Origin: an uncultured Acidobacteriota bacterium
GTDB taxonomy: Bacteria; Acidobacteriota; UBA6911
Direction: 5' to 3'
NCBI GenBank assembly: GCA_963827655.1
Contig: CAWHCF010000045.1
Location: 32,001 to 96,000 of the forward strand
DNA length: 64,000 nucleotides
The notes under the pieces are model-generated. The model was given only the letters and a program-made list of their open reading frames with translations, did no database searches and was not told the origin of the DNA. The first letter of the stretch is position 1. Every line of letters begins with the position of its first letter. Positions 9,724 to 19,611 of the stretch are shown here, piece by piece. The translations under genes were made by a program, and so were the position numbers.

Positions 9724-9830
9724 GTGCGGACGGGCTATCAAGCCCGTCCGGCTCCCAGGGGCACTACTGAACTTTTAAGGTTAAGGCATACGATTACGAA
9801 ACTTGCGACGGGCCATTGGCCCGTCGCCAC
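9724..9830. repeat. Inverted pair of REP-like hairpins (REPIN-like doublet)
   Basis: CGGACGGGCT-ATCA-AGCCCGTCCG (9727-9750, preceded by GTG) and GCGACGGGCCA-T-TGGCCCGTCGC (9805-9827, followed by CAC). Confidence 0.6.
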
Positions 9831-10090
9831 AGGGTGCTCTGGAAGAATCTCTGAGCGACCTGCCAGAGAATCTTGGTTTTGAGACAATCTCGCAAGGCAG
9901 GGGAAATCGTGTTTTCCAGTTCTGCTTACTGCTTACTGCTTTTTCATTTTCCCCTTCGAAACAAATTCAAGTTGCATCAAAATGTCCCCACTTTATGACA
10001 ACAAAAGTCATGTTATTGTCTTCGCTGTCTCAGGCTGCTTGACTTTCATGGGATGACTTTTGAACAGGAGCTGCGGATATGCGACCTCGC

Positions 10091-11521
10091 ATGAAACGAC
10101 GAGATTTTCTATTGCAAACCGCTGTGGCCGGACTTGCCGGGAGCCTGCGAACTTCTCCGGTTGCTGCTGCTCCGGACTCCCGTCAGGCCACCGGTGTAAA
10201 GGTCGGCGAAGTCTCCGACTCCGCAGCCACCGCCTGGATGCGGCTGACCGCGACGGGCGCGCGGCGCTCCGACGGAGTGATTCGCAGCGGCCGGCCTCAG
10301 CCCTTCCCCGCTGACCTGAAGATCAGTGACCTGGAAGGCTCCTGTCCCGGCGCGTCGGGCCGGGTCCGTTTCGTCCTCTCAACTACGGAGAGTCTGAGCG
10401 GCGCTCGGAACACGCCTTGGCAGGAGGTTAACTCGGCGACCGACTTTACCCATCAGTTCCGCCTCACAGATCTGCGCCCGGACACCTTCTATTACTATTC
10501 TGCCGAGACCGCAGACTCATCAGGCCGGCTGCACGCGCCGCTGCGAGGCAAGTTTCGCACCGCCCCGCGCCCCCAGGATCCCACGCCGATCAGTTTCAAC
10601 ATGACAACCTGCCAGAAGTACTCGCAGCTCGACCATCCTGAGGGATTCCACATTTATGAGTCCATGCGGCGGCTGGATCCCCGTTTCTTTATCAGCGCGG
10701 GCGACATCGTCTACTACGACTCCGATGATCCTCGCGCGACGACCGCGGAACTCGCGCGCTACCACTGGCAGCGTATGTTCAGTTTCCCCCGCCATATCCG
10801 GATGCTGCTCGATGTCCCTGGCTATTGGGAGAAAGATGACCACGACACGCTCACCGACGATACCTGGCGCACTCAGACGCAGCCCCCCGAGATGAAGTTA
10901 ACCTTCGAGGAAGGTTTGAGCATCTTCCGGGAACAGGTGCCCATGGGAGAACGCACGTATCGCACCTTCCGCTGGGGCAAGACGCTGCAGATCTGGCTGG
11001 TCGAGGGCCGCGACTATCGCTCGCCGAACAACATGCCTGACGGCCCGCAAAAGACGATCTGGGGCGCCGAACAAAAGCAATGGCTGCAGCAGACCCTCGT
11101 CGCGAGCGACGCCGATTGGAAGATTCTCGTCAGTCCGACCCCCATCGTTGGCCCCGACCGCACCAACAAGCACGACAACCATTCCAACCTGGACTTTGCC
11201 CACGAGGGTCACGAATTCCGCGAATGGGTAAAGGCGAACGTGGCGGACAATTTCTTCAACATCAACGGCGACCGCCATTGGCAATACCACTCGGTGCACC
11301 CGGAAACCGGACTGAACGAGTTCTCGGTCGGGGCCGCGAGCGATTCGCACGCCAGCGGCTCACCGGGCGAAGACAAGCGTTACCATCGCTTTCATCGCAT
11401 GCAGGGTGGCTTCTTGCAGGTTGAAACGGCGCGCGCCGGCGGCGAGAGCCATATACATTTTCGCCTGCGCGACGTCTATGGCAAGGTGGTTTACGAATTC
11501 TCGAAATCGCGCCGGGCTTGA
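10091..11521 (+). CDS. phoD: Tat-exported alkaline phosphatase D family protein
   Basis: MKRRDFL Tat motif; GDIVYYD, KDDHD, EGRDYRS and NGDRHW PhoD motifs. Confidence 0.88.
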   Translation: MKRRDFLLQTAVAGLAGSLRTSPVAAAPDSRQATGVKVGEVSDSAATAWMRLTATGARRSDGVIRSGRPQPFPADLKISDLEGSCPGASGRVRFVLSTTESLSGARNTPWQEVNSATDFTHQFRLTDLRPDTFYYYSAETADSSGRLHAPLRGKFRTAPRPQDPTPISFNMTTCQKYSQLDHPEGFHIYESMRRLDPRFFISAGDIVYYDSDDPRATTAELARYHWQRMFSFPRHIRMLLDVPGYWEKDDHDTLTDDTWRTQTQPPEMKLTFEEGLSIFREQVPMGERTYRTFRWGKTLQIWLVEGRDYRSPNNMPDGPQKTIWGAEQKQWLQQTLVASDADWKILVSPTPIVGPDRTNKHDNHSNLDFAHEGHEFREWVKANVADNFFNINGDRHWQYHSVHPETGLNEFSVGAASDSHASGSPGEDKRYHRFHRMQGGFLQVETARAGGESHIHFRLRDVYGKVVYEFSKSRRA

Positions 11522-11587
11522 CTGGTCGATGCCTTCGCCGCTGTGGGCATGCCAGCCGAGAGCGCGAAATCACTGAAGGAGTAGCAA

Positions 11588-12526
11588 CTATTTGAGTTCG
11601 TCATAAACCACCTGGACGTTGCTCTTCAGCCGCGCCGGCTGTGGGGCGGTATAGCCAGTGTACTTGGCCGGTATTGTCCAGCTGTTCGCCACATCGTCGA
11701 CCGACTTGCCAGCCTTCTTTCCCTCTTGAACCGCTTTCAGGAAGTCACGATTGAATTCGGCATAGTCCCGCAGATCGTTCATCGTCATCTGTGTGCTGTG
11801 GCCCGTGATGATGGTATCGACGTTTTTGACGGAATTAGCTGCCTTCGCAAGAGTGTCCGGCATCGCAACGCCACTGCCGCCGTTGATTGCGTCAAGTAAC
11901 GGGATATTTTTCCCCGAGAAGATGTCGCCTGCGTGCATGACACGCAGCGCCGGAAAGACGATCCAGGCGTCGCCGTTCGTATGTCCACGCCCGAAGTAGT
12001 AAAGATCGATCCGATCGTTTCCGCTCCCGATGGACGTCTTATCGTCAAATGTTTTCTTTGGCATTCCTTTGCCGTTATTGGCCTGGAAGATGTTGGTAGC
12101 CGGCTGCTGTGGCACAATCCCGGTGGGCGTGGCCATCTTCTCCATGTTCGCTTTCGTGTTCTTGTGTGTGATGACCTCGACGCTAGCCGGAAACTCCACG
12201 TTGCCGCTGACATGATCGCCGTGGGTATGCGTGTTGAGGATCGTTGTCACCGGTTTGCTGGTCAGCTCCTTGATCTTGTCGAGAATCGGCTGGCCCCATC
12301 CCGGATTCTTCGTGTCGACGACCACGACACCCTTGGCGGTGATGAAGACAGCGGTGTTGCCGCCGCCGCCCTTGAGCACGAACAGGTTCTCGCTTAACTT
12401 CTCGACCTGCACGACCTTTGGGGCTTCCTGCTGACTGCTGCCTCGCGCCGGCTGTTGATATGCGGCGATGACCAGGGGCAGCGAGCCGACTGCCAGAAGC
12501 GCGACCAGGACCATGACTCTTTTCAT
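11588..12526 (-). CDS. Secreted MBL-fold metallo-hydrolase
   Basis: THTHGDHVSGN, GHTNGD, GDIF and TGH motifs; GGAGG RBS before MKRVMVL. Confidence 0.92.
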   Translation of the reverse strand: MKRVMVLVALLAVGSLPLVIAAYQQPARGSSQQEAPKVVQVEKLSENLFVLKGGGGNTAVFITAKGVVVVDTKNPGWGQPILDKIKELTSKPVTTILNTHTHGDHVSGNVEFPASVEVITHKNTKANMEKMATPTGIVPQQPATNIFQANNGKGMPKKTFDDKTSIGSGNDRIDLYYFGRGHTNGDAWIVFPALRVMHAGDIFSGKNIPLLDAINGGSGVAMPDTLAKAANSVKNVDTIITGHSTQMTMNDLRDYAEFNRDFLKAVQEGKKAGKSVDDVANSWTIPAKYTGYTAPQPARLKSNVQVVYDELK

Positions 12527-12842
12527 ACCCTGCCTCCTCGAAAGAAAACGCGTTAAGCGAATCAGAGTGCGGGCAAACTCCGCTGAAATCACAATGGTGC
12601 TGTAACGGCCACGATCGTGGACATCAGAAATTGCCGAGACATAAGCCAACGCAATTATAGGAGATTCTTTCTCGAGCGCAACGGAAAGGCTCTAAAGACC
12701 GAGGTGGATCTGCTTCTATGATCTGCGGAATAGCTCCGCCAGGCGACGCCAAGCCGGCCGGCTGCGGATCGGCGCCCGGCGTTGACCTTCACGATGTGGA
12801 AAGCAGCCAGATCCTTCCAGAGCGGGAGGGAGGTGCTCCAGG

Positions 12843-13874
12843 TCATTCCTTCTTCTTTGGCTCGTTGAAGGACCGTTCGACTGTATCGTGCACGTCGGTG
12901 GACACGCCGTGGTCGCGCCAGAGCCAGCGCATCATTTCAGGGAACACGGTGCGAAGCATCTTCTGGCCGTGGCGCTGGATGCCCCAGGAGTAGTTGAGGT
13001 CGTAACCCTTCTCGGCCAACGCCTGCTGCATGCGGACATTCTGGTAGAACCAGTCGCGCGTCTGGTCGTAGCTGCCGTCGGTGCGCAGCCCGCGGTTATC
13101 GTTGCGGCCGCCGACCAGGAACACGCGCAGCGGTTTCTTTTCGCTCTTGCGGATGATATCCGGATAGACGTGCCCGCCCCGGAGATTGGTGAAGCTGCCG
13201 ACATTACTCAGCACCTTTCGGAAATGATTGGGGCGCTCCCAGGCGACCGTGAACGCGGCGATCGCGCCTGAGCTCGAGCCGCCGATCCCGTGCCGCTCCG
13301 GGTCCTTCGAGATGTTGTAGTCCTTGTACAACGCCGGCAGCAGCTCGTCGACGATCACGCGCGCGTACTTGTCGTCGAGCGTGTTGTATTCGGTCGGACG
13401 GTTGGTGTCGCGATCGCCCCAGTTGGAGAGCGTCGGTTCGGGCTGGTCGGGCCGGCGCCCGGGATTGATGAAGACCCCGATCATGACCGGGATCTCGCGC
13501 CGGTAGATGAGATTGTCCATGACGACGTGCGCACGGACGTCGCCCTCGGGATGCATGAAAGCCTGGCCGTCGTTGTAGATCATCAGGCCGGCGGGCGTCG
13601 ACGGGTCGTATTGCGCGGGTACGTAGACCCAGTAGGTGTGTTGCGTCCCGGGATAGGCTTCGCTCGGCAGCGTAAACGGACCGCGGATCTCCCCCTTGGG
13701 CACGCCTTCCTTCGGCAGTGAATCGGGAGAGAGCTGGTAGTGGAGGTCGGTGTCCGGCGTCTGCGCCATCGCGGGGCGCTGGCCGCTTTGCGGAGGCTTC
13801 TCGGTCGGCGAAGGCGTCTGCGCAAACCCTCCGCATGTGAGCGCGGTGCTTAGAATGACAAGTCGGATCGTCAT
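12843..13874 (-). CDS. Secreted esterase (enterochelin esterase-like alpha/beta hydrolase)
   Basis: [13 protein letters not shown], and [11 protein letters not shown] nucleophile elbow. Confidence 0.9.
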   Translation of the reverse strand: MTIRLVILSTALTCGGFAQTPSPTEKPPQSGQRPAMAQTPDTDLHYQLSPDSLPKEGVPKGEIRGPFTLPSEAYPGTQHTYWVYVPAQYDPSTPAGLMIYNDGQAFMHPEGDVRAHVVMDNLIYRREIPVMIGVFINPGRRPDQPEPTLSNWGDRDTNRPTEYNTLDDKYARVIVDELLPALYKDYNISKDPERHGIGGSSSGAIAAFTVAWERPNHFRKVLSNVGSFTNLRGGHVYPDIIRKSEKKPLRVFLVGGRNDNRGLRTDGSYDQTRDWFYQNVRMQQALAEKGYDLNYSWGIQRHGQKMLRTVFPEMMRWLWRDHGVSTDVHDTVERSFNEPKKKE

Positions 13875-14496
13875 CTTTCGGCCAACATATCAAAACGTTG
13901 GTGGGTGCCGGCACCGCTCTCCGGCCGACGGCAGGACTACGTCGGTCTCCTTGCGCGGTCTCCCTCAACGGGTTGTGATTCTGCCTTTATGTCAACTTCC
14001 GGCTGTTCCTGCACCGCCTTCAGCCGGCCCTGGGCAGTTATCTTACTTCGATTGATGCGGGCGACGGTGGAGTTTTTTGCGGTCGGCCAACCGCAACTGA
14101 GCGACCCTGATTTGCCTGCGAAGGCATAGCCGGCAGCGCCGGCTGTTCGACGGCGGCTGGCAGCGCACGAAGATCGACGCCCCGATTCCGAGCTGATCCA
14201 AGGCCCAGTGCGCTGATCCCCGGTAGGTAGGGCGGGCCCCCCAGCAGTGGATTTCGTAATGCACGTTGCATTGCTGAAAAATCGCTTCCGAGTTCAGGCA
14301 AAACTCTGCCATCTTTTCGTATAGCCGCTGAATCAAATCCGGGCGGCTTCAGCCGAGGAGAGGTTTGGTAAACATCAGCTGGTTTCATGGGGAATCAGGC
14401 GTTTTTCTCGAAATGGTTTGCCTGTGAACCGCACTAGTTGACGGACCTGGGTACTCACGTCTTGAGGAGCCGGGTCCGTACGAGCGGCTCGCAATC

Positions 14497-14548
14497 TCGC
14501 GCATTCCAAAGGGCGCTCTTGGAGTGCGGTAGCGAGTTACCGCCCTGT
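14497..14548. repeat. TTGGAGTGCG-type REP-like element, back-to-back halves
   Basis: cgcgcattccaaag followed by ttggagtgcggtagcgagttaccgcc. Confidence 0.55.
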
Positions 14549-14638
14549 TTGGCGAAGCTGCTTCGCCTTTACCGAGTTCTGAAGAAGGAAGCTATTCGTT
14601 TGTCCCACGGCCACGGCCCAAGAAATCAGGAGGCAGGA

Positions 14639-15695
14639 ATGGCGGACAAGAGGCAGATAGAGATTCTTTTGGATGACGTCGAGAAGTGGAACAAGTGGCG
14701 AAACGAGAATCCCGAGACGCGACCGGACCTCACCAGAGCCGACCTGAGCTGCAGGGTCCTGGACGGAGCGGACTTGCATCGGGCGAATCTCGCAGAAGCT
14801 GATCTCACCCACTCCATCCTCCACGAAGCGAACCTGTGCGAGACAGACCTGACCGGCGCCAGGCTGATCGGGACGAATTTATGCCGGGCGCGCCTTTGCG
14901 GCGCTGATCTGTCCGGCGCAGACCTGCACCGGGCGAACCTCGACCGCGCCGACCTCACCGGGGCTGATCTCAGTGACGCAAACCTCGAACGAACCATAAT
15001 GGTACGGACCACGGTCTCGAACGCAACCTTCACACGTTGCCGGGTGTACGGAGCCTCCGCCTGGGACCTCGACCTGACAAACGTGAAGGATCAGTCGAGC
15101 CTGCGCATTACTCGGGACGATGATCCGGCCAGAATCACAGTCGATAATCTCGAGGTTGCGCAGTTCGTCTACCTGCTGCTGCATAATGAGAAGATCCGGG
15201 ATGTCCTCGACACGATTGGCCAGAAAGGGGTCCTGATACTCGGACGCTTTACCGAGGAGAGGAAGGCGGTGCTTGATGCGATTCGGAACCGGCTCAGCCA
15301 GCTTGGATTTGTGCCCATGATGTTCGATTTCGAGAGACCGACTCAGCGGGACTTCACCGAAACGATCAAGACGCTCGCCGGATTGAGCCGGTTCATCATT
15401 GCCGACATCACAAACCCGAAGTCGAGCCCGCTGGAACTTCAGGCGACAATGCCGGACTACATGATTCCTTTCGTGCCGATCATCCATGAGGACGAGGAGC
15501 CCATTCGAGATGTTCCGTGACCTCAGACAGAAATACGGAGAATGGGTTCTTGACGTTCTCGAATACGATTCGGTTGCTGGCTTGCTTGAAGTGATGGACA
15601 AAGCGGTGATCAAGCCGGCACTCAAGATGGGTGACCGACTCCTGATCAAGAAAGCGGAAGCAATTCGCAAACGACACGTGAGGGATTACGCTTAG
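14639..15695 (+). CDS. Pentapeptide repeat protein with a C-terminal alpha/beta domain (frameshift near 15500-15503)
   Basis: WNKWR..NP...PDL followed by A(D/N)L repeats, then VLILGRFT.ERK.VLD...FDFE.P..RDFTETI. Removing one base at cccattc reads EEPFEMFRDL through to the stop at 15695. Confidence 0.88.
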
Positions 15696-15708
15696 CGTTA
15701 GAGCTGCA

Positions 15709-15744
15709 AACAAATACCACGAAGACACAAAGACACGAAGAAAC
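15709..15744 (+). repeat. ACCACGAAGACACAAAGACACGAAG repeat, left member of an inverted pair
   Basis: aacaaataccacgaagacacaaagacacgaagaaac; its reverse complement matches 18385-18419 apart from a few differences. Confidence 0.8.
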
Positions 15745-15756
15745 ACCAAGAATCCA

Positions 15757-16728
15757 TCAATGGGCCGGCACCCTGGGATAGAGCCACGAGTACTGAAGTC
15801 CCGGATGTCGCTTGCCGTAACGGGTCGGGATGTCCTGCGTCCAGTTGCTCGGCATAGTCAGGCAGAAGAGAAGTGCGGCGCCGAAGGCGGCTCGCTGCGC
15901 GATCGACGGCCGGCCGATGAGCGTCTCCGGCGGCGGCACCGACCTGGCTTCGGGCGCCCCCAGACGCCCCAGGCGGCGAAGGCGTGATCGCACGAGCAGC
16001 ACGACCCCGATCAGCGTCATGACGATGTTCAGCGTCTGGCCTGTGCCCAGGGCGAGCCGGTGGGTCGGGTAGTTGCGGAAGAGATCGACGAAGATGCGGA
16101 GGAATGCGTACCAGAACACGAATCGCGCAGCCACAGCGCCCGGCGGATGCGGTCGGTTCCGCACCGCGATCAGGTACGGGATCAACAGCAGGTTCTTGAA
16201 GCCGTCATAGAGTACGACCGGGTGCCGGAACCCTTCGGCATCCGGGAATTTTACCGCCCAGGGGACATCGGTCAGACTGCCGACGATCTGCCCGTCGATG
16301 AAGTTTCCAATCCGGCCGACACCCATCAGAAACGCCCCCGGAATCACGAGCGCGTCGGCGAGACGCAGGAAGGGCACCTTCTGCCAGCGCGCGAAGATCC
16401 ACGTACCTGCCGCCGCGCCGATGAGCAGGCCGTGCGTGGCCATGCCTCCCAGCCAGTAGGCAGGAATCAGCCAGAGATGCTCACGGTAGAACGGCCACTC
16501 GTCGAAGGCGACCTCGACCGCGCGTCCTCCGAGCAGAACGCCCGCGAGGAAAATCAACGTGAGCGAGTAAACCTGGGACAGCGTCAGTCCCAGGCGCACG
16601 CGCTCGCGCCGCAGGAACAGATGAATCTGCAGGAACCCGAGCGTGTAGCTGAGGCCGTACCACCAGAGATACACGCCGCCGATCGCGCCGATCACCGGGT
16701 CGATGCCATGGACGTAAGGGCCGGACAT
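15757..16728 (-). CDS. lgt: Prolipoprotein diacylglyceryl transferase (divergent paralogue)
   Basis: IDPV...WWYGL, GGMATHG, GRIGNFIDG, PWAVKFP and RHPVVLYDG motifs. Confidence 0.88.
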   Translation of the reverse strand: MSGPYVHGIDPVIGAIGGVYLWWYGLSYTLGFLQIHLFLRRERVRLGLTLSQVYSLTLIFLAGVLLGGRAVEVAFDEWPFYREHLWLIPAYWLGGMATHGLLIGAAAGTWIFARWQKVPFLRLADALVIPGAFLMGVGRIGNFIDGQIVGSLTDVPWAVKFPDAEGFRHPVVLYDGFKNLLLIPYLIAVRNRPHPPGAVAARFVFWYAFLRIFVDLFRNYPTHRLALGTGQTLNIVMTLIGVVLLVRSRLRRLGRLGAPEARSVPPPETLIGRPSIAQRAAFGAALLFCLTMPSNWTQDIPTRYGKRHPGLQYSWLYPRVPAH

Positions 16729-16747
16729 GACATGCTCTTTCAAGGTT

Positions 16748-18334
16748 TCAAGGAGACGGCCGCCTCGTGTCATCGTGAGCGGGCAGCGTCTGCGTGTAGA
16801 GCACCGCTCCCTCGCGGCTCCGAAGCGTCACGGTTGCGGCGAGCGTCGCCGGATCCACCGCCAGGGCGCCGAAGAATTGCAGGCCGTCGCTCGGCGGCCG
16901 ATTGGGCTTCATGCCCGTCGGGATGGCACAGAACTTCAACGCAGGTCCGAACGTTGGGTCGAGCGCACCCGGACCAAAGGTGCCCGCGTGCAGCGGACCC
17001 GCGACGAACTCCCAGAATGGGTCGAAGCGCGTGAAGCGCGCCCGCGAGGGGTGATATTCGTGGGCGGCCGCGTAGTGCACGTCGGCCGTGATCCAGACGA
17101 CGTTGCGGACGCGGCGCGTCTGGAGCGCGCCCAGCAGACGCGCGATCTCGTGCTCGCGCCCGAGGACCTCCGGGTCGGCGTTCGCCCACGCCTCGTAGGC
17201 CGATGGCCCATCGGTCACGACTACGCCGAGCGGCATGTCGCATGCGACGATCTTCCATACAGCACCCGACTGCGCGAGGGCGTGCTCGAGCCAGGCGAGC
17301 TGCGTTGCGCCGAGCATGACGGTGTCCGGCCCGGGCTGCGGCTGTCGATTGGGCGAGTTGGCGGAGCGATAGCTGCGGCAGTCGAGCACAAAGACCTCCG
17401 CCAGCGGTCCGAGCGGCTGCCGTCGAAAGACACGGCGAGGATCGCTCCGATTGAGCCGGATCGGGACGTATTCCCTGAAAGCCTGGTTGGCGCGGCTCGC
17501 GAGCGTGTTGACGTCCTTCTCGCGATAGCGCGTTTCGGGCCCCGCGTCGCCGAGCCGCTCGCCCGGATACCAGTTGTTGAGCGTCTCGTGGTCGTCCCAC
17601 TGGGCGATCATCGGGACCTCGGCGTTGAAGCGGCGAAGGTGCTCGTCGAGCAGGTTGTAGCGGTATCGTCCGCGGAACTGCCGCAGTGTCTCGGCGACCG
17701 TCGCCACCTCCTCGGTGACCACATTGCGCCACTCGCTCCCATCATCCAGTGTCACCGATGCCGGGATGGGGCCGTCGGCGTAGATGAGATCGCCCGAGTG
17801 AACGAACAGGCCAGGCTCGAGTCGGCGCATGGATTCGTAGATGCGCATGCCGCCGCGGGATGTGTCGATGCCCCAGCCCTGACCGGCGGTGTCGCCGCCC
17901 CAGACGAGGGTAAACGGCCGCGGCGTGCGTGCGGGCGTCGAAAAGCTCCCGGTCGCCGGTTCGCTCATCTCACCCGAGCGCGATTCGAAGCGCACCTCGT
18001 AGAAGACGCGCTGTCCCGGCGGGAGGCCGCTGAGATCGATCCGCGCCGTGAAGTCTTCCGTGACGTTCGTGGGATCGCTGCGACGGATGCGAGCGTTTTC
18101 GAAGCGGGGCGTCGTCGCGTACCGGACGACCATGCGCGCCGGGCGGTCGGTCCGGCTCCACACGATCGCGCGATCCGATGTGATGTCGCCGCTCTGGACG
18201 CCGCAGGTGATCTGCGGGCGCTCCTGAGCCGAGACAATGAGACCGGGCGCCGCGCGGCTTACCGCTGCGAGGCCGAGTCCGGCGGAGGCGGAGAGAAGCC
18301 TCCGGCGGGTCAGGATTCGAGGTCGATCGCTCAC
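16748..18334 (-). CDS. phoD: Tat-exported alkaline phosphatase D family protein
   Basis: TRRRLL Tat motif; GVQSGD, HSGDLIYAD, QWDDHE, LDCRSYR and TADVHY motifs. Confidence 0.93.
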   Translation of the reverse strand: MSDRPRILTRRRLLSASAGLGLAAVSRAAPGLIVSAQERPQITCGVQSGDITSDRAIVWSRTDRPARMVVRYATTPRFENARIRRSDPTNVTEDFTARIDLSGLPPGQRVFYEVRFESRSGEMSEPATGSFSTPARTPRPFTLVWGGDTAGQGWGIDTSRGGMRIYESMRRLEPGLFVHSGDLIYADGPIPASVTLDDGSEWRNVVTEEVATVAETLRQFRGRYRYNLLDEHLRRFNAEVPMIAQWDDHETLNNWYPGERLGDAGPETRYREKDVNTLASRANQAFREYVPIRLNRSDPRRVFRRQPLGPLAEVFVLDCRSYRSANSPNRQPQPGPDTVMLGATQLAWLEHALAQSGAVWKIVACDMPLGVVVTDGPSAYEAWANADPEVLGREHEIARLLGALQTRRVRNVVWITADVHYAAAHEYHPSRARFTRFDPFWEFVAGPLHAGTFGPGALDPTFGPALKFCAIPTGMKPNRPPSDGLQFFGALAVDPATLAATVTLRSREGAVLYTQTLPAHDDTRRPSP

Positions 18335-18384
18335 AACCGGGATTTTACGCCCGAACGAGTGTTTCCCGGATCATGGAAGATTAC

Positions 18385-18419
18385 GTTTCTTGTGTCTTCG
18401 CGTCTTAGTGGTATTTGTT
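18385..18419 (-). repeat. Right member of the inverted repeat pair with 15709-15744
   Basis: gtttcttgtgtcttcgcgtcttagtggtatttgtt. Confidence 0.8.
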
Positions 18420-18520
18420 CCACTTTTTATTCGAATAAGCGGGGCGTCTGAGAAGTAGATTCAGCCACATTGGGTCGGCTTGCAGTGTAGCAGGGAAGCC
18501 GCCACGAAAGGTTAAGAGCC

Positions 18521-18937
18521 ATGGGGAAACACATTCAGATTCTGGCGATACTCAACATAGTCTGGGGCTCGCTCGGTGTCCTCGGAGCCGTCATCGTTCT
18601 GGCAGTCTTCGGCGGGGTGACGACCATCATTCATTTTGCCGGAGGAGCTGAGCCAGGGGCAGAGCTTGCCATTCCGATCGTCGGGACAGTCGGCGGGTTG
18701 GTGTTTCTACTCCTGATTGTTACTTCCGCGCCCTCGATCGTTGCCGGCATCGCGCTGCTCAAATTCAAAGAGTGGGCGCGAATTCTCGCCCTGGTCGTTT
18801 CCGCTCTCCATCTTTTCAGCATTCCGTTTGGCACCGCCCTCGGGATCTACGGTCTCTGGGTCCTTCTCTCCCAGGAATCGACTGCTCTATTCCATTCCCG
18901 GGAAAGAGCGGTGCGAATCGGCGTAGAGAATCCCTGA
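18521..18937 (+). CDS. Small integral membrane hypothetical protein
   Basis: Several hydrophobic helices; WARIL...L.L...PFGTALGIYGLWVL motif. Confidence 0.8.
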   Translation: MGKHIQILAILNIVWGSLGVLGAVIVLAVFGGVTTIIHFAGGAEPGAELAIPIVGTVGGLVFLLLIVTSAPSIVAGIALLKFKEWARILALVVSALHLFSIPFGTALGIYGLWVLLSQESTALFHSRERAVRIGVENP

Positions 18938-19007
18938 CCAGGAGATAGCCACGTCCCGGCGGAAGCGTTTGCGTTGTGATATTCTGTGCAAACAAGAAGA
19001 GGTGAAC

Positions 19008-19559
19008 ATGACCTCGAAAACGCGACTGACAGCCGAAGACCTCTGGCTGATGCCTGAGGAGGAACGCGGGGATCTAATCAACGGCGAGGTCGTCCGGGAA
19101 CCGTACACCGGCTGGCCTCACGGGCGCCTGATGCTACGGCTGGGGTCCGCGCTCCTCGAGTATGTCAAGACCCACGGTGGAGGTGACGTGGCCGTCGGCG
19201 ACGTCGCCTTCGTCCTGGACCTGCCGCATGATCGGGAACGCGTCCGCGGCGCAGACATCGCCTTCATCTCGGCCCAGCGGCTGCCGAAGGGAAAGACGCC
19301 GGAAAAGTTCTTCCACGGTGCTCCGGACCTGGCGGTCGAGATTCTCTCTCCCTCCCAGACCTTCGCCAACGTCGAACAGAAGGTCCTGGACTATCTCGAG
19401 GCCGGCAGCCGTCTGGTATGGGTTATCAATCCGGCCTCCCGCAGCGCGACGGTCTACCGCGCCACCGGAACTGCTCGCCTGCTGCGCGAGCATGAGCAAC
19501 TCGAGGGCGAAGATCTGCTTCCGGGTCTCAGCATCGCGCTCTCCGGGATCTTCGATTAG
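19008..19559 (+). CDS. Uma2 family endonuclease
   Basis: LT.EDL, LINGEV, H, R.ADIAF, GAPDLAVEILSPS, YLEAG..LVWVINP and LPG motifs. Confidence 0.92.
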   Translation: MTSKTRLTAEDLWLMPEEERGDLINGEVVREPYTGWPHGRLMLRLGSALLEYVKTHGGGDVAVGDVAFVLDLPHDRERVRGADIAFISAQRLPKGKTPEKFFHGAPDLAVEILSPSQTFANVEQKVLDYLEAGSRLVWVINPASRSATVYRATGTARLLREHEQLEGEDLLPGLSIALSGIFD

Positions 19560-19611
19560 TCACGCAGTCCTTCACCTCCTTGCGATTCAAACAGTGTTCC
19601 CTCGCCGGCCT

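Noticed and set aside
14038-14388. Overlapping minus-strand ORFs
   Set aside because: No recognisable motif or RBS; possibly a decayed gene but unsupported.
15709-15750. CRISPR-like repetition
   Set aside because: A short 9-bp tandem unit with no spacers; no array or cas gene in the window.
16727-18451. Long antisense ORFs (also 4573..6045, 26734..28266, 56213..58849, 59856..61532)
   Set aside because: Shadows of motif-bearing genes on the opposite strand, expected in high-GC DNA.
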